IMG/VR virus record: IMGVR_UViG_3300043450_000376 | Length of the DNA: 64,000 nucleotides | Strand: one strand, 5' to 3' | From: a virus | Lineage: Duplodnaviria; Caudoviricetes | Shown here: positions 1 through 10,012 of the stretch, piece after piece | Layout: every line of letters begins with the position of its first letter | Position numbering within the stretch: the first letter of the stretch is position 1 | Translations under genes and position numbers: made by a program | The notes under the pieces: model-generated | Database searches by the model: none | What the model was told of the DNA's origin: nothing | The model's input: only the letters and a program-made list of their open reading frames with translations

Positions 1-40
1 AATAATTGAAGATACAAATAATGTTAAGCCAATCTCAGAG

Positions 41-550
41 TTGCCTACATTTAATTGTGTAATTGAACACCCTCACTATACAGGTTCAGCATATGCTATT
101 AATATGAACATGAATCTTATTGAGATTATTGCTGGAATGGAAAAAATTCCAAGAGAAGAGCGTGGAGATTACCGTAAAAAACACAATATCCTAACTCCTC
201 AAATGGTTGCTACGGCATTTGCAAACTGGGCAGCATTTCATGGTTGTGAAGTTGATGGAGACCGAGTAATTATTAATGCAGCTGGAAAAAACTTTGCATC
301 ATTTGATAAAGTTTGGTTAGAGACCCTAATTCCAACTTGGAATACTAAGATTAAAATTAGAAATCGTATTATTGATCCAGCTGTATTGGTTACAGATTGG
401 AAAAACGATCAAGCTTTGCCTGGTCTTGGAAAATGCAAAGAACGCATTGGTCTTGAAAATCATGTTACGCACGATGGATTAGATGATGCAATTGATGTTG
501 TTGAGGTAATCCGTAAAGCCACAAATAATTATCAGAATGCGAACTATTGA
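41..550 (+). CDS. DEDDh-type 3'-5' exonuclease/exoribonuclease, C-terminal part (frame is open to the window edge)
   Basis: GKNFASFD (ExoII-like) and HDGLDDA (ExoIII H..D) motifs; reading frame open from base 2. Confidence 0.55.
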   Translation: MPTFNCVIEHPHYTGSAYAINMNMNLIEIIAGMEKIPREERGDYRKKHNILTPQMVATAFANWAAFHGCEVDGDRVIINAAGKNFASFDKVWLETLIPTWNTKIKIRNRIIDPAVLVTDWKNDQALPGLGKCKERIGLENHVTHDGLDDAIDVVEVIRKATNNYQNANY

Positions 551-755
551 TTATAGTGCAGCTTTAGAAAGCATGTACCTTGACATGATGGAAGAAATGT
601 ACAAACACCTAAGTGCAAATTCTTTTACATGGCCAACTGATATTCCATTTGATGAAAAAGAAAAAGCAGACCTTTTAGTTGAAATGATTGACTATTTTGA
701 AGAAAAGGAAGAATTTGAAAAGTGTGAAGAGCTCACAAAAATGAATAGTATTTAG
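537..755 (+). CDS. small protein with UvrB/UvrC(UVR)-like C-terminal motif
   Basis: EEKEEFEKCEEL; overlaps upstream ORF. Confidence 0.5.
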   Translation: MRTIDYSAALESMYLDMMEEMYKHLSANSFTWPTDIPFDEKEKADLLVEMIDYFEEKEEFEKCEELTKMNSI

Positions 756-767
756 TATATTAGTTTT

Positions 768-1727
768 ATGATAAACGAAACAACTCGCCTTGGCTATTGC
801 TGCATTAACTTGTCACTAGATAGAAAGGTTACTGCAAATCGTGGAATGATTAAAAAAACCTTTCAACAAAAGGGCGTGCAATATTGCAGCGAGTTGGCTC
901 ATCAAAATATCAAAGATATCTTAACTATTTTGGAATGGAATCTTGCAAATGGCATTTACGTTTATCGTATGTCTAGCGATGTTTTTCCATGGATGTCAGA
1001 ATATGAAATTCAAGAGCTTCCTAATTTCCAAGAAATTTTACCAGATATGCAGGCCATTGGCAAATTTGTACTTGCAAATAATATCAGGTTATCAATGCAC
1101 CCAGGTCAGTTTGATGTTTTACCATCACCAACGCCAAGTGTTGTTACTAAAACAATCAAGGATCTAAACCAACACGCTGAAATTATGGATCTTATGGGTT
1201 TACCAACCGATCATAGATTTCCTATTAATATCCATGTAGGTGGAACATATGGAGATAAAGAATCCGCAGCTGATAGATTTTGCCAAAATTTTAGGTTACT
1301 CAGTAAAGCTGCGCAAAGCCGGCTTGTGGTTGAAAATGATGATAAGGCTACTCAATACTCAGTACAAGACTTGTTTGACTTAATTACTGCAAGAATTGGT
1401 ACACCAATCACCTTTGATTTTCACCATCACCGATTTAATACTAGTGGCTTAACTGAAGAGGCTGCACTAAAACTTGCAGCTTCAACTTGGTCATGTACGC
1501 CGCTAACTCACTACTCAAGTTCAAGGAAAACATTCGAGGATTCTTCAGTTATTGCCAGATCCCATGCTGATTATATCTATGAAAAAATTAATCCATATGG
1601 CCTAACTCTAGATATTGAGGTCGAGGCAAAAGCCAAAGACTTAGCTGTTCTAAAATATCGTGAGCAGTATAATACTTTATTAGAAAATTATATTCAACTT
1701 GATCATGAGCGATTGCAAGAACTGTAA
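768..1727 (+). CDS. uvsE: UV DNA damage endonuclease (UvsE/UVDE family)
   Basis: RLGYCC, YRMSSD, RLSMHPGQF, INIHVGG, RLVVENDD, FDFHHH, EVEAKAKD. Confidence 0.92.
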   Translation: MINETTRLGYCCINLSLDRKVTANRGMIKKTFQQKGVQYCSELAHQNIKDILTILEWNLANGIYVYRMSSDVFPWMSEYEIQELPNFQEILPDMQAIGKFVLANNIRLSMHPGQFDVLPSPTPSVVTKTIKDLNQHAEIMDLMGLPTDHRFPINIHVGGTYGDKESAADRFCQNFRLLSKAAQSRLVVENDDKATQYSVQDLFDLITARIGTPITFDFHHHRFNTSGLTEEAALKLAASTWSCTPLTHYSSSRKTFEDSSVIARSHADYIYEKINPYGLTLDIEVEAKAKDLAVLKYREQYNTLLENYIQLDHERLQEL

Positions 1728-1932
1728 CTCAACCGAGGTACGAACAAAAATCAAAGGAATCTTTGATGATTTATTTGTTGGCGACGATATTAGAAATGAA
1801 AGGCTCTCTATTTGTTATGAGTGCGACAAATTTCTAGGAGCAAGTGGTCAGTGCGGTGAGTGCGGCTGCTATATTTTTGCAAAGACTGCAACTAAAGGCG
1901 AGGCCTGTCCATTGGAAGAACCTAAGTGGTAA
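1699..1932 (+). CDS. small Cys-rich zinc-binding protein (DUF6171-like)
   Basis: RLSICYECDKF..QCGECGC..AK....EACP..KW. Confidence 0.6.
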   Translation: MIMSDCKNCNSTEVRTKIKGIFDDLFVGDDIRNERLSICYECDKFLGASGQCGECGCYIFAKTATKGEACPLEEPKW

Positions 1933-2014
1933 TAAATAATTAAGATTTCTACAAATCCTCAGTTTATTCAATTAATCCTTTTCTCTACTGAGAAAATATC
2001 TAATACCATGGAAA

Positions 2015-2239
2015 GTGACAGTATTCACCAAATTAAAAAACAATCAGAAGAGCCTGATAGGGACATGGATCCTGATCCTAGCTACATTCTTCAACCCTCT
2101 TGGATTCGATGCCCTCTTTGCTCTGGTAATGAAATGGACCGGTTCATACTGGATTACGGACGCTATTTTCTATTGCCTATCGGCATTCTTTTTTGGACTT
2201 TATTTTTTATTCTTTAGGGAAAAACCAAAGAAATCTTAG
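2015..2239 (+). CDS. small membrane protein
   Basis: two hydrophobic segments; FFNPLGFD motif. Confidence 0.55.
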   Translation: MTVFTKLKNNQKSLIGTWILILATFFNPLGFDALFALVMKWTGSYWITDAIFYCLSAFFFGLYFLFFREKPKKS

Positions 2240-2265
2240 TATATTATCTCTATAAACTTATTAAT

Positions 2266-2481
2266 ATGAATGTAGAATTAACCTCAGTAACATCATCAAC
2301 TGTTGATGCATTTGGATATGACCAGTCCCTAAACGAACTTTACGTTCAATTTAAAAGTGGCACAACCTATACCTATGTTGGAGTTTCCGAATCAGTCTAT
2401 GCTGAGTTGTGTGAAGCTGAATCATTTGGTAAATTTCTAAACGCCAATATCAAAGGCACATACGATTACCTTAAATCATAA
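2266..2481 (+). CDS. KTSC domain protein
   Basis: SSTVDAFGYD....LYVQFKSGTTYTYVGV....YAEL..AESFGKFLN..IKG.Y. Confidence 0.9.
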   Translation: MNVELTSVTSSTVDAFGYDQSLNELYVQFKSGTTYTYVGVSESVYAELCEAESFGKFLNANIKGTYDYLKS

Positions 2482-2484
2482 ACC

Positions 2485-2700
2485 ATGGGATTCAACAAGT
2501 ATTTTATTCCAGACCCTATTGATTTTATTGAACGACTTGAAACTGGCACTGGCCCTAGAGAGTTTGTTGCAATTAAAAAAATTGATGCAGTAATGGGCGA
2601 TAGTCTATCTGTAGATATGCTCGATAAAATGTATGAAATGGTCAGAGCCGGTCGCACAAACGAGGAAGTTTTAACAGAACTTAAATCAATGTTAAAGTAG
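2485..2700 (+). CDS. hypothetical protein
   Basis: co-oriented, 3-bp gap after KTSC gene. Confidence 0.6.
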   Translation: MGFNKYFIPDPIDFIERLETGTGPREFVAIKKIDAVMGDSLSVDMLDKMYEMVRAGRTNEEVLTELKSMLK

Positions 2701-2723
2701 AATAACCTATAAATCAAAAACCT

Positions 2724-2921
2724 ATGTATTATTTAGTAAGAATCAAATTTGAGACCGAAACCGAAAGCGGTAAACGTAAATTCATTAAAGAATTGTATGT
2801 CGTAAGTGCAACCTCTGTATCTGATGCAGAATCAAAAATCCGAGCTAGATTTGGAGATGGAATTTCAGCAATGACAGTTGAAGCAGTTCAAGAATCTAAG
2901 ATTCTTGGAATTATCGAATAA
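2724..2921 (+). CDS. hypothetical protein (resembles Bacteroidota DUF4494-like short beta proteins)
   Basis: YYLVRIKFE..ESGK.KFIKELYVV.A.SVSDAE. Confidence 0.5.
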   Translation: MYYLVRIKFETETESGKRKFIKELYVVSATSVSDAESKIRARFGDGISAMTVEAVQESKILGIIE

Positions 2922-2943
2922 TCTTATACCTCATGTAAAAAAG

Positions 2944-2973
2944 AAAGGGACGGCTAATAGCTGTCCCTTTTTT
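2944..2973. terminator. bidirectional intrinsic terminator
   Basis: AAAGGGAC-N11-GTCCCTTT flanked by A and T runs between convergent genes. Confidence 0.8.
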
Positions 2974-3012
2974 ATTGTGTAACAAATTTATTCAATATTT
3001 GTTACAGTTAAA

Positions 3013-3414
3013 CTATTTCATAATGTAGAGATATCCTAAGCTACCAATTAATATTCCACTAATAACTTTAGTAAATGTTAATTTGGTTTTAAGTTTCTTA
3101 TTTTGCTTTTGAAGATCTTTAACCCATAATCCTTGAGTTTCAAATTTCAATTGCTCGTTTTTAATACGATCTTCGTACATACTGCCCTTTTGAACATGTC
3201 CAGAAATAATACTGTCCTTTAATACTATTTTTTGATTAAGTAAAAAAAGTTGTTTATTTACAAGAGTAAGTTCAGCTTTTGCGCTATCACCACTAATTAA
3301 ATCTTTAACAATCTGTTTTGCAACAGGTGCTGGAATTTTAACTGTATCTTGTGGTGCAGTTTGTGCAAATGCAAAAACTGGAAATAGTGCAATTATAAAA
3401 AGTAAGTTCTTCAT
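3013..3414 (-). CDS. signal-peptide/coiled-coil membrane protein (possible lysis/spanin-like partner)
   Basis: likely start MKNLLFIIALFPVFAFAQ at 3414; coiled coil; C-terminal TM. Confidence 0.55.
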   Translation of the reverse strand: MKNLLFIIALFPVFAFAQTAPQDTVKIPAPVAKQIVKDLISGDSAKAELTLVNKQLFLLNQKIVLKDSIISGHVQKGSMYEDRIKNEQLKFETQGLWVKDLQKQNKKLKTKLTFTKVISGILIGSLGYLYIMK

Positions 3415-3415
3415 A

Positions 3416-3823
3416 TTAATAATTGTATCTAGCTTTAAAGAAAGAATCAATTTGGGTTGAATTGTAAGTAGAAGCGGCTGCGCTTTTTTCATGATAAAAT
3501 TCACGAATAATTGTAGTCTTTTCTTTAATATTATCAACCTGAAAATCAATCGCCTTTACTTCGGTTTCATAAACCTTAATTGAACTATCGATTTTTAGTT
3601 GTTTTGCCTCTAACTCTTTATTTGCAACAGTTAACGAATCAATAATTGCTTTATACTCTACTGGCATTTGTGGCTTTGGAGTAAAAACATAAACTAATCC
3701 ATAAAAAACAAGTAGGCCGCCTATTACATATAGAATATAGCGCCACTTACTTTTATTTGCTTTTGCAAATTCAACAATTTTGATACCCTCTTCTTTAAGC
3801 TTTGCTTTTTGTTGAGATTTCAT
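3416..3823 (-). CDS. N-anchored membrane coiled-coil protein (possible spanin-like)
   Basis: single TM (YILYVIGGLLVFYGLVYVF) followed by coiled coil. Confidence 0.55.
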   Translation of the reverse strand: MKSQQKAKLKEEGIKIVEFAKANKSKWRYILYVIGGLLVFYGLVYVFTPKPQMPVEYKAIIDSLTVANKELEAKQLKIDSSIKVYETEVKAIDFQVDNIKEKTTIIREFYHEKSAAASTYNSTQIDSFFKARYNY

Positions 3824-3836
3824 AGGAAAAATTTAA

Positions 3837-4259
3837 TTATGCTTCTGGAGTTTCCTCAGCAGCTGGTTCTTCAGCAGGTTCTTCACCTTCTTCAGGAGCT
3901 TCTTCTTCTTTCTCTTCTTCGCCTAATTGGAACATATCCTTAATTTTATTAAGAATCTCTTCTTTTTTAGCTTCCTTTTCTTCACCATCTTCCATTTCTT
4001 TCCACTCTTTGAATTCGCTAGAATAGAATGAATCGAAATCATCAGATGAAAGTTCATTGAACATTACATCAAGGTGTTCTTTTTTGAAAGCTTCTAAATC
4101 AGCACCTTCTTCAGGAGCTTCTTCAGTTGGCTCTTCTTCAACTGGAGCATCAGCTTCTGCCGCATCTTCTTCTTCAGTTAAACCGAATTTGTTTAAAAAC
4201 TCATTAGAGTTTACGTTCTCGTCAACCTTAGTAACGAAATCTTTGAAATTGTAAATCAT
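3837..4259 (-). CDS. highly acidic late protein with capsid-targeting-like leader
   Basis: likely start MIYNFKDFVTKVDE at 4259; E/A/P-rich; ATAAATA upstream at 4283-4289. Confidence 0.65.
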   Translation of the reverse strand: MIYNFKDFVTKVDENVNSNEFLNKFGLTEEEDAAEADAPVEEEPTEEAPEEGADLEAFKKEHLDVMFNELSSDDFDSFYSSEFKEWKEMEDGEEKEAKKEEILNKIKDMFQLGEEEKEEEAPEEGEEPAEEPAAEETPEA

Positions 4260-4324
4260 TTTAAATAGATCTATTTTACAGTTATTTATTTGCGCAAATA
4301 GGTATAATATTAAAAACAACAATT

Positions 4325-5125
4325 ATGCCAGAAGGACCTGAGTGCAGACGAGTATATGAAGGTTTAAGAAACCACTGCATTAATAAAAAATTAGTTAACG
4401 TAGAAATACTTGGAGGGCGCTTCCTAAAGACTCCCCCAAGCGGCCTGGAGACCCTGGGGCTGCCCCTGGAGGTAGTTGGAGGCGGAGTTAAGGGTAAATT
4501 CATCTGGCTGGAATTAGAAGAGGGCATGTCTATCTGGATTACTCTAGGTATGAGCGGCTTTTGGTCAATCTATGAAAAGCCGCATTCTCATATTAAATTA
4601 GTATTTGATGATGGCCTAGAGCTATTTTTTGTTGACCAGCGCCGATTTGGTACGCTTAAATTTGCAACTAAGGTTGAATTGGATGCAAAATTAAAAACCC
4701 TAGGGGTTGATGCACTCAATGACCAAAGTGCAACTATGTATGATACAATAAGATCGTTTGAACGGGTTCCAAACAAAACTATAGTTGAGGCACTAATGGA
4801 TCAGCGCCTTTTTGCAGGAATAGGAAACTATATTAAATGCGAAATGTTATACAGAACAAAGATCTCCCCACATAGATTAGTTAGAGACCTTACTGATAAT
4901 GACGTTTCTTTATTATGGGATTATGCTAAGCTAATAAGTAGGTCATCCTATAAGCAAGGTGGAGCAAGTATTAGAAACTATCAACAGGTGACAGGCGAAA
5001 CTGGCGACTTTGTGTTTGAATTTGAAGTATATGGCAAACGGGAAGATCCTCATGGAAATACAGTAATTAGAGAAAAAACAGCAGACGGCAGAACTACTCA
5101 TTGGGTACCAAGCCTACAACAATAA
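4325..5125 (+). CDS. mutM: formamidopyrimidine-DNA glycosylase / endonuclease VIII (Fpg/Nei family)
   Basis: N-terminal catalytic PEGPE, KGKFIW, LGMSG, DQRRFG, H2TH LMDQ..FAGIGNYIKCE. Confidence 0.92.
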   Translation: MPEGPECRRVYEGLRNHCINKKLVNVEILGGRFLKTPPSGLETLGLPLEVVGGGVKGKFIWLELEEGMSIWITLGMSGFWSIYEKPHSHIKLVFDDGLELFFVDQRRFGTLKFATKVELDAKLKTLGVDALNDQSATMYDTIRSFERVPNKTIVEALMDQRLFAGIGNYIKCEMLYRTKISPHRLVRDLTDNDVSLLWDYAKLISRSSYKQGGASIRNYQQVTGETGDFVFEFEVYGKREDPHGNTVIREKTADGRTTHWVPSLQQ

Positions 5126-5132
5126 ATATAAT

Positions 5133-5690
5133 ATGCAACACATTAAACCATACACACAATTTAATGAGAGTGTCCAGACAGCGCGAATATTTTGCGATAT
5201 GGATGGAGTACTTTCAGATTGGGATTCTCAGTTTGAAAAGGAGGCTGGAATGACAATAGCTGAATTTCAAAAGGAATATTCAAAAAATGCAAGTTGGAAA
5301 CTGGTTGGAAAAGCCGGCGAACCATTTTGGGCCGGCATGGAATGGATGACTGATGGTATTGACCTTTGGACATTTATTCGAAAGTTTAACCCAACTATCC
5401 TGTCTTCACCATCGCTTGATCCTAATTCAATTACAGGTAAAGCAAAATGGCTTAAGCGCAATCTAAACTGGGACTTTCCATATATTACAAAACTAGAGGA
5501 CTGGACCGGTAAAGAAAGGACTATTTTTTATAGTAACAAATTTGAATTTGCAACTGGCCCAAGCGATATCTTGATTGATGATACTCCAAAGAAATTAGAT
5601 GCATGGATTGCAGCTGGAGGAACTGGCATTTTACATACTAGTGCCAAGGAAACTATTGCAGAGCTAAAGAAATTAGGTTTCGATAAATAA
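5133..5690 (+). CDS. HAD-family 5'(3')-nucleotidase-like protein with capsid-targeting-like leader
   Basis: IFCDMDGVL (HAD motif I), ILSSP, LIDDT; leader MQHIKPYTQFNE|S. Confidence 0.8.
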   Translation: MQHIKPYTQFNESVQTARIFCDMDGVLSDWDSQFEKEAGMTIAEFQKEYSKNASWKLVGKAGEPFWAGMEWMTDGIDLWTFIRKFNPTILSSPSLDPNSITGKAKWLKRNLNWDFPYITKLEDWTGKERTIFYSNKFEFATGPSDILIDDTPKKLDAWIAAGGTGILHTSAKETIAELKKLGFDK

Positions 5691-5709
5691 CTAAAATTAC
5701 TTAATCGCA

Positions 5710-6786
5710 GTGAGAATCATTGAATCTTTTACAGGATTTTTAAAAATACAGGAAATGGGAGGTTGGGCAACAACAAAAACTCAGGGGACTAAAATTACAC
5801 CAACTGTTCTACAGGAGTCAGTTAAAGTATTGGAATTTATTTTTGGTAAATTTAATACTCATCTAGAAAAATTGGATATGGCTCCGCTAAAAGTACTTGG
5901 TCCAGGTGGATCTGGCGTTTATTTTAAACAGGATTTAGAAGAGAACCCAGACAAAGCATACGGCGACGTTGACATTTTAGTTGAATATCCATTAACTGAA
6001 CCTCAATCAAGACGAGTTGAAATTGATACCATGAAAGAATACAATCAGCTTATGCTGAAGTGGATTCAGGCAAATCCTCAACCTGAAATTGATGCAGAGG
6101 AGAGCGATGCAATTTCAGATGGCAGTCTAAAACTTGTAATTAACCTAAGCGCAGGCCCAGTTCAAGTTGATATTATTCCAACATTTACCTATTCAGCCGA
6201 ATGGGCAAAGGCTCGATATACTCCAATTAGAGGAATTAAAGGTTTTGTAGTAGGATTTTTATATCAATCTTTTGGCAATGCGCTAGACGTATCTGTTACT
6301 GATCGTGGAGTTGTTGCTAAAATTAAAAATGGAGAATTGGTTGGACCCAATATGCGTAAAGATGTTGAGGAAAAGATTATCACAAGAGATTTCTCTAAAT
6401 TTATTTTACATCTTGCTGAATTTGTTGATGAATTCTCTGGAACTAAACGCGAACTTGTAATTGATGATTACCTAAATGAACATCCTGGAATTGATGTAAC
6501 ACAACTTTCACTTGAACAAATTTGTAATGGAATCTTAGGATTTGCCAGAACTCTTGAAAAAACTGGCACGTATGATTTACCAAATTTTAAGTATAATAGT
6601 TCAAAGGAACTTTTAGAAGAGGTTGTTAAGATTTATGCACAAAAACTACATAAACACAGAACTTCATCTAAATACGATAAAGCCTTAACTGATTTAGCTA
6701 ACCAACAGAAAGATAAAGTAATGCAAGACGCTGAAACTGCATTCGAGTATGTTAGTAATAAACTATTAGATGGAACAAATATTTAG
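5710..6786 (+). CDS. Pol beta-superfamily nucleotidyltransferase with capsid-targeting-like leader
   Basis: GGSG..., YGDVDILV (DxD), VQVDII third acidic residue. Confidence 0.65.
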   Translation: MRIIESFTGFLKIQEMGGWATTKTQGTKITPTVLQESVKVLEFIFGKFNTHLEKLDMAPLKVLGPGGSGVYFKQDLEENPDKAYGDVDILVEYPLTEPQSRRVEIDTMKEYNQLMLKWIQANPQPEIDAEESDAISDGSLKLVINLSAGPVQVDIIPTFTYSAEWAKARYTPIRGIKGFVVGFLYQSFGNALDVSVTDRGVVAKIKNGELVGPNMRKDVEEKIITRDFSKFILHLAEFVDEFSGTKRELVIDDYLNEHPGIDVTQLSLEQICNGILGFARTLEKTGTYDLPNFKYNSSKELLEEVVKIYAQKLHKHRTSSKYDKALTDLANQQKDKVMQDAETAFEYVSNKLLDGTNI

Positions 6787-7399
6787 TGCAGAAAACACAT
6801 TTGACAGAGCCACCACTTGGTTCATTAGCGATTTACATATAGGACATGGAAATGTCTTACGATTCGAAGAAGGATTACACAACTTTGCTGATATTAAAGA
6901 GCACGACCAAACCATTGCCAAAAACTGGCATGAGACAGTAGGCGAAGACGATCACGTTTTTTTCTTAGGTGATCTTGCAATGGAGCGAACTAAATTTAAA
7001 CACATTCGTGAAAACCTAGGAAAATTTGGAAAACTTCCTGGAAAAGTCCACTGGATTATTGGTAACCATGATCTTCACATAGATCAAGCCTGGCTCTATA
7101 ATTTAAGAGAAGTAATGGATATTGTAGAATTTACAAACTACAAAGAAATTATGATTAAAGACGATAGCGATTGGGGTTTTAAAAGATTTGTGCTATTTCA
7201 CTATCCTCTTTATGAATGGAATGGCAAATATCGTGGAGCATACCACCTATATGGACACTCTCACAGGCACATCCACCCATTAGCGGGAACCATGTCAGCT
7301 TGTGCGTGTATAACAGATTATAAACCAGTCAACGTCGATTGGATGATTGACAAGATAGAAGAACTACGATGCAAACTAACGACACAATTAAGCGAGTAA
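6770..7399 (+). CDS. calcineurin-like metallophosphoesterase
   Basis: SDLHIGH, LGDL, GNHD, HYP, GHSH. Confidence 0.9.
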   Translation: MEQIFSAENTFDRATTWFISDLHIGHGNVLRFEEGLHNFADIKEHDQTIAKNWHETVGEDDHVFFLGDLAMERTKFKHIRENLGKFGKLPGKVHWIIGNHDLHIDQAWLYNLREVMDIVEFTNYKEIMIKDDSDWGFKRFVLFHYPLYEWNGKYRGAYHLYGHSHRHIHPLAGTMSACACITDYKPVNVDWMIDKIEELRCKLTTQLSE

Positions 7400-8124
7400 C
7401 GCTTAACAATAAAAGATATTACCAAGTAAATTCTGAAGAACATGGTCAATTGGGACCATTTCCAAGTGTAACGACTATTTTAGGATCAACTGCCGATACT
7501 ACAGGTATTGATAAATGGAAAGAACGGGTTGGCGAAGCTGAGGCAACTCGAGTAAGTCAAAATGCACTAGACCGTGGCAATATTATGCACAGACTTTGCG
7601 AAATTTATCTTAATCTTCCAGGTTCAATGACTACTCAAACTCGATTAGAGGAAACATTGGGACTTACCCGATTAGACGAGGAAATTGACAAACAGGATAA
7701 TCGTGCTAAGATTGTTGGCGGAATGATGTTCTATAATTACATTAGATCAGGTTCGTTTGACCGAATCAAGAAAACTGTAATGCAGGAACAGTTTCTGTGG
7801 ACTCATAGAAACGGCGGATATGCTGGAACTGTTGATAATGTTTCAGAATTAGTTGATGGTTCGTTTGCGGTAATTGATTTTAAAACTTCACGTAAACCAA
7901 AAAGGGAAGAGTGGATTGAAGATTATAAACTTCAAGTTGCAGCGTACTCAGTTGCGGTTTGGGATAGATATAAAATTAAGATTTCTCAGGCACAGATTTG
8001 GATCTCTAACGAGCAAACAATGGATCCTCAATATTTCGAAATGAATACTGAGGATCTTAAATTGTATTATAATAAATTCTTAGAAAGGCTTGATAAATTC
8101 TACGAAATGTTTCCTGTTAATTAA
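7369..8124 (+). CDS. PD-(D/E)XK exonuclease (T4-like phage type)
   Basis: FPSVTTIL, RGNIMH, YAGTVD, VIDFKTS, LQVAAY. Confidence 0.85.
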   Translation: MQTNDTIKRVTLNNKRYYQVNSEEHGQLGPFPSVTTILGSTADTTGIDKWKERVGEAEATRVSQNALDRGNIMHRLCEIYLNLPGSMTTQTRLEETLGLTRLDEEIDKQDNRAKIVGGMMFYNYIRSGSFDRIKKTVMQEQFLWTHRNGGYAGTVDNVSELVDGSFAVIDFKTSRKPKREEWIEDYKLQVAAYSVAVWDRYKIKISQAQIWISNEQTMDPQYFEMNTEDLKLYYNKFLERLDKFYEMFPVN

Positions 8125-9932
8125 TAGGCAACGATTTTACGTAGTGCAGCAACCCTAATTGCAATTTTTCTTGCACGACCGCTTGTATTATCAAAAACTC
8201 TTAAGTAAATATACTCTTCGTTTCTAGCACGGTTAACTACATAATAGTCAACTGGTGCAACAATTCCATAATATGTATTATGCGATGCAATATAGAGCAT
8301 TTCGTTTGGTGTAGTTGCACGCTTGCTATCAAATCTTTCTAAACGGAATCTTGTAAGACCTAATCCATCAATTGGTTCTTCGATTGAATATCCATTGATT
8401 GTATTTAAATAGTTGGTTCTAACTGGTGCAAATACTGGTGTAGATTTTCTTCTATTAAATCTATCCATTTGATCTGGTGAAAGTGCAATATCTGTCATTT
8501 GACCACGCTTAAGTTGCTTGGTACCGTATGTTCCACCTGGACTACGACCTTCTAGTGATGCTTTATATTGATCGTCTAAGAAAGTTTCTACGCTTGGCCC
8601 AAATCTTTCTTCATTTTGTGCACGCTGTATTTGACGTTCAGCTTCAATTCTTTCGCGCTCTTCTCTTTCAGTACGTTCCCTTTCTTCACGTTCAGCTCTT
8701 ATTCTAGCTGCAACTTCTGGATCAATTAGGTTTATAATAAAATCTTTAACTATTCGCCAATCAGTTGAACTATATCTGCTTCTAATCACAGTTGAATCAT
8801 CCTCGATTCCTGGGATTTGTGCAGGATCTACTTTAACAAATTGAGCTTTAATTGCTTCAGGATTATTGTTACAGGTTCTAGTATCAAAAGAAGAAAGTTG
8901 GCTTGCCTCGCTACCTCTTTCAACCCAATCAATATAATTTGGAACTGTAATTGCAATTACAGTATTATTAAGAACTCCGGCTAATACCCTAACTGGAATT
9001 GAGGTATCTCTGCCGTTTGCATATTGTCTAACATAAACAATATCTCCAATTTCTGGTTGAGCTTCCCATTGAATTCCTCGTTCAGTGCCATATGCTCTTG
9101 CGCGTTCAGCTGCTTCAAGATTTTCTCTTTCTCTACGTTCGCGTTCTAATCTTTCTCTTTCAGCTGGATCAAACCTTGCCATTACATCAGCTGGTAAAAT
9201 AGCTTTTAATTCATCATCAATTCCAAAATTTCTTGGAGTTACATTATTGTAGCTAACATTATTATCTAGGAAACTTGTTGCAAATCTAATTTTTTGATCA
9301 TTACTGATTGTTTTAATCATTGCAAATACACAGTCTGGTCCAAGAATTGCATGTACGTCATCCTCACTAAGGGATCCGTCTGCATTTAATTTTGGAGAAA
9401 TTAAAGATGCCCATGCATTATCTTTTTCTAGGGTTCCAGCCGTATTTGATTTTAACCATTTCTTTTGTTCAAGTAGGGCTCTATACAATTTATAACCAAG
9501 CCGAGCTCCTCTGAGCGAACTTGGAATTCCTCCACCTGGAAAGTGTGAACGACCGCTTGAGTCTACTTCCATATGAATACAGTCGCTTTGGTTATTAGCA
9601 TCAGCCCATTTACCAAAATTACTATTCATATAATTACTAATAAATGAATCGCCGCCTCCAGTAATTTTACCTTTAGCCTCAGTATAGATTGCCATAATTG
9701 GTGCAGGCAGCAGTGGATAGAATGAGCTTCCTCTGGTTTGCCAGGTAATTTCTCTCCAATTTAAATTAACCAAAGCTTCTTGAAAGCTTTTAGCCAATGG
9801 CGCAATTTCTCTAGCAAGGGCTTGACGGTCCTTTGCCTTCTTTAGATAATTATCTGGAAACTGTTCTGGCTGTAGAGCCATTTCTTCGACTTGATTAGAC
9901 TCTAGTACTAGGTCCAGGAATGATTTGTGCAT
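8121..9932 (-). CDS. large late protein with GNAT-like acetyltransferase segment and coiled coils
   Basis: LRGARLGYKLYRAL resembles GNAT motif A; ERER repeats; leader MHKSFLDLVLE|S. Confidence 0.45.
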   Translation of the reverse strand: MHKSFLDLVLESNQVEEMALQPEQFPDNYLKKAKDRQALAREIAPLAKSFQEALVNLNWREITWQTRGSSFYPLLPAPIMAIYTEAKGKITGGGDSFISNYMNSNFGKWADANNQSDCIHMEVDSSGRSHFPGGGIPSSLRGARLGYKLYRALLEQKKWLKSNTAGTLEKDNAWASLISPKLNADGSLSEDDVHAILGPDCVFAMIKTISNDQKIRFATSFLDNNVSYNNVTPRNFGIDDELKAILPADVMARFDPAERERLERERRERENLEAAERARAYGTERGIQWEAQPEIGDIVYVRQYANGRDTSIPVRVLAGVLNNTVIAITVPNYIDWVERGSEASQLSSFDTRTCNNNPEAIKAQFVKVDPAQIPGIEDDSTVIRSRYSSTDWRIVKDFIINLIDPEVAARIRAEREERERTEREERERIEAERQIQRAQNEERFGPSVETFLDDQYKASLEGRSPGGTYGTKQLKRGQMTDIALSPDQMDRFNRRKSTPVFAPVRTNYLNTINGYSIEEPIDGLGLTRFRLERFDSKRATTPNEMLYIASHNTYYGIVAPVDYYVVNRARNEEYIYLRVFDNTSGRARKIAIRVAALRKIVAY

Positions 9933-10012
9933 AGTTTATTAAATATTTCTATAGATATTTATTTGGGTTCAAAATATTTTTCTAGAGTATAAAAAATAAA
10001 AATTCGGTACCT

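Noticed and set aside
7369-8124. Cas4 call for the PD-(D/E)XK nuclease
   Set aside because: Lacks the four Fe-S cysteines and any CRISPR context; fits the T4-like phage exonuclease
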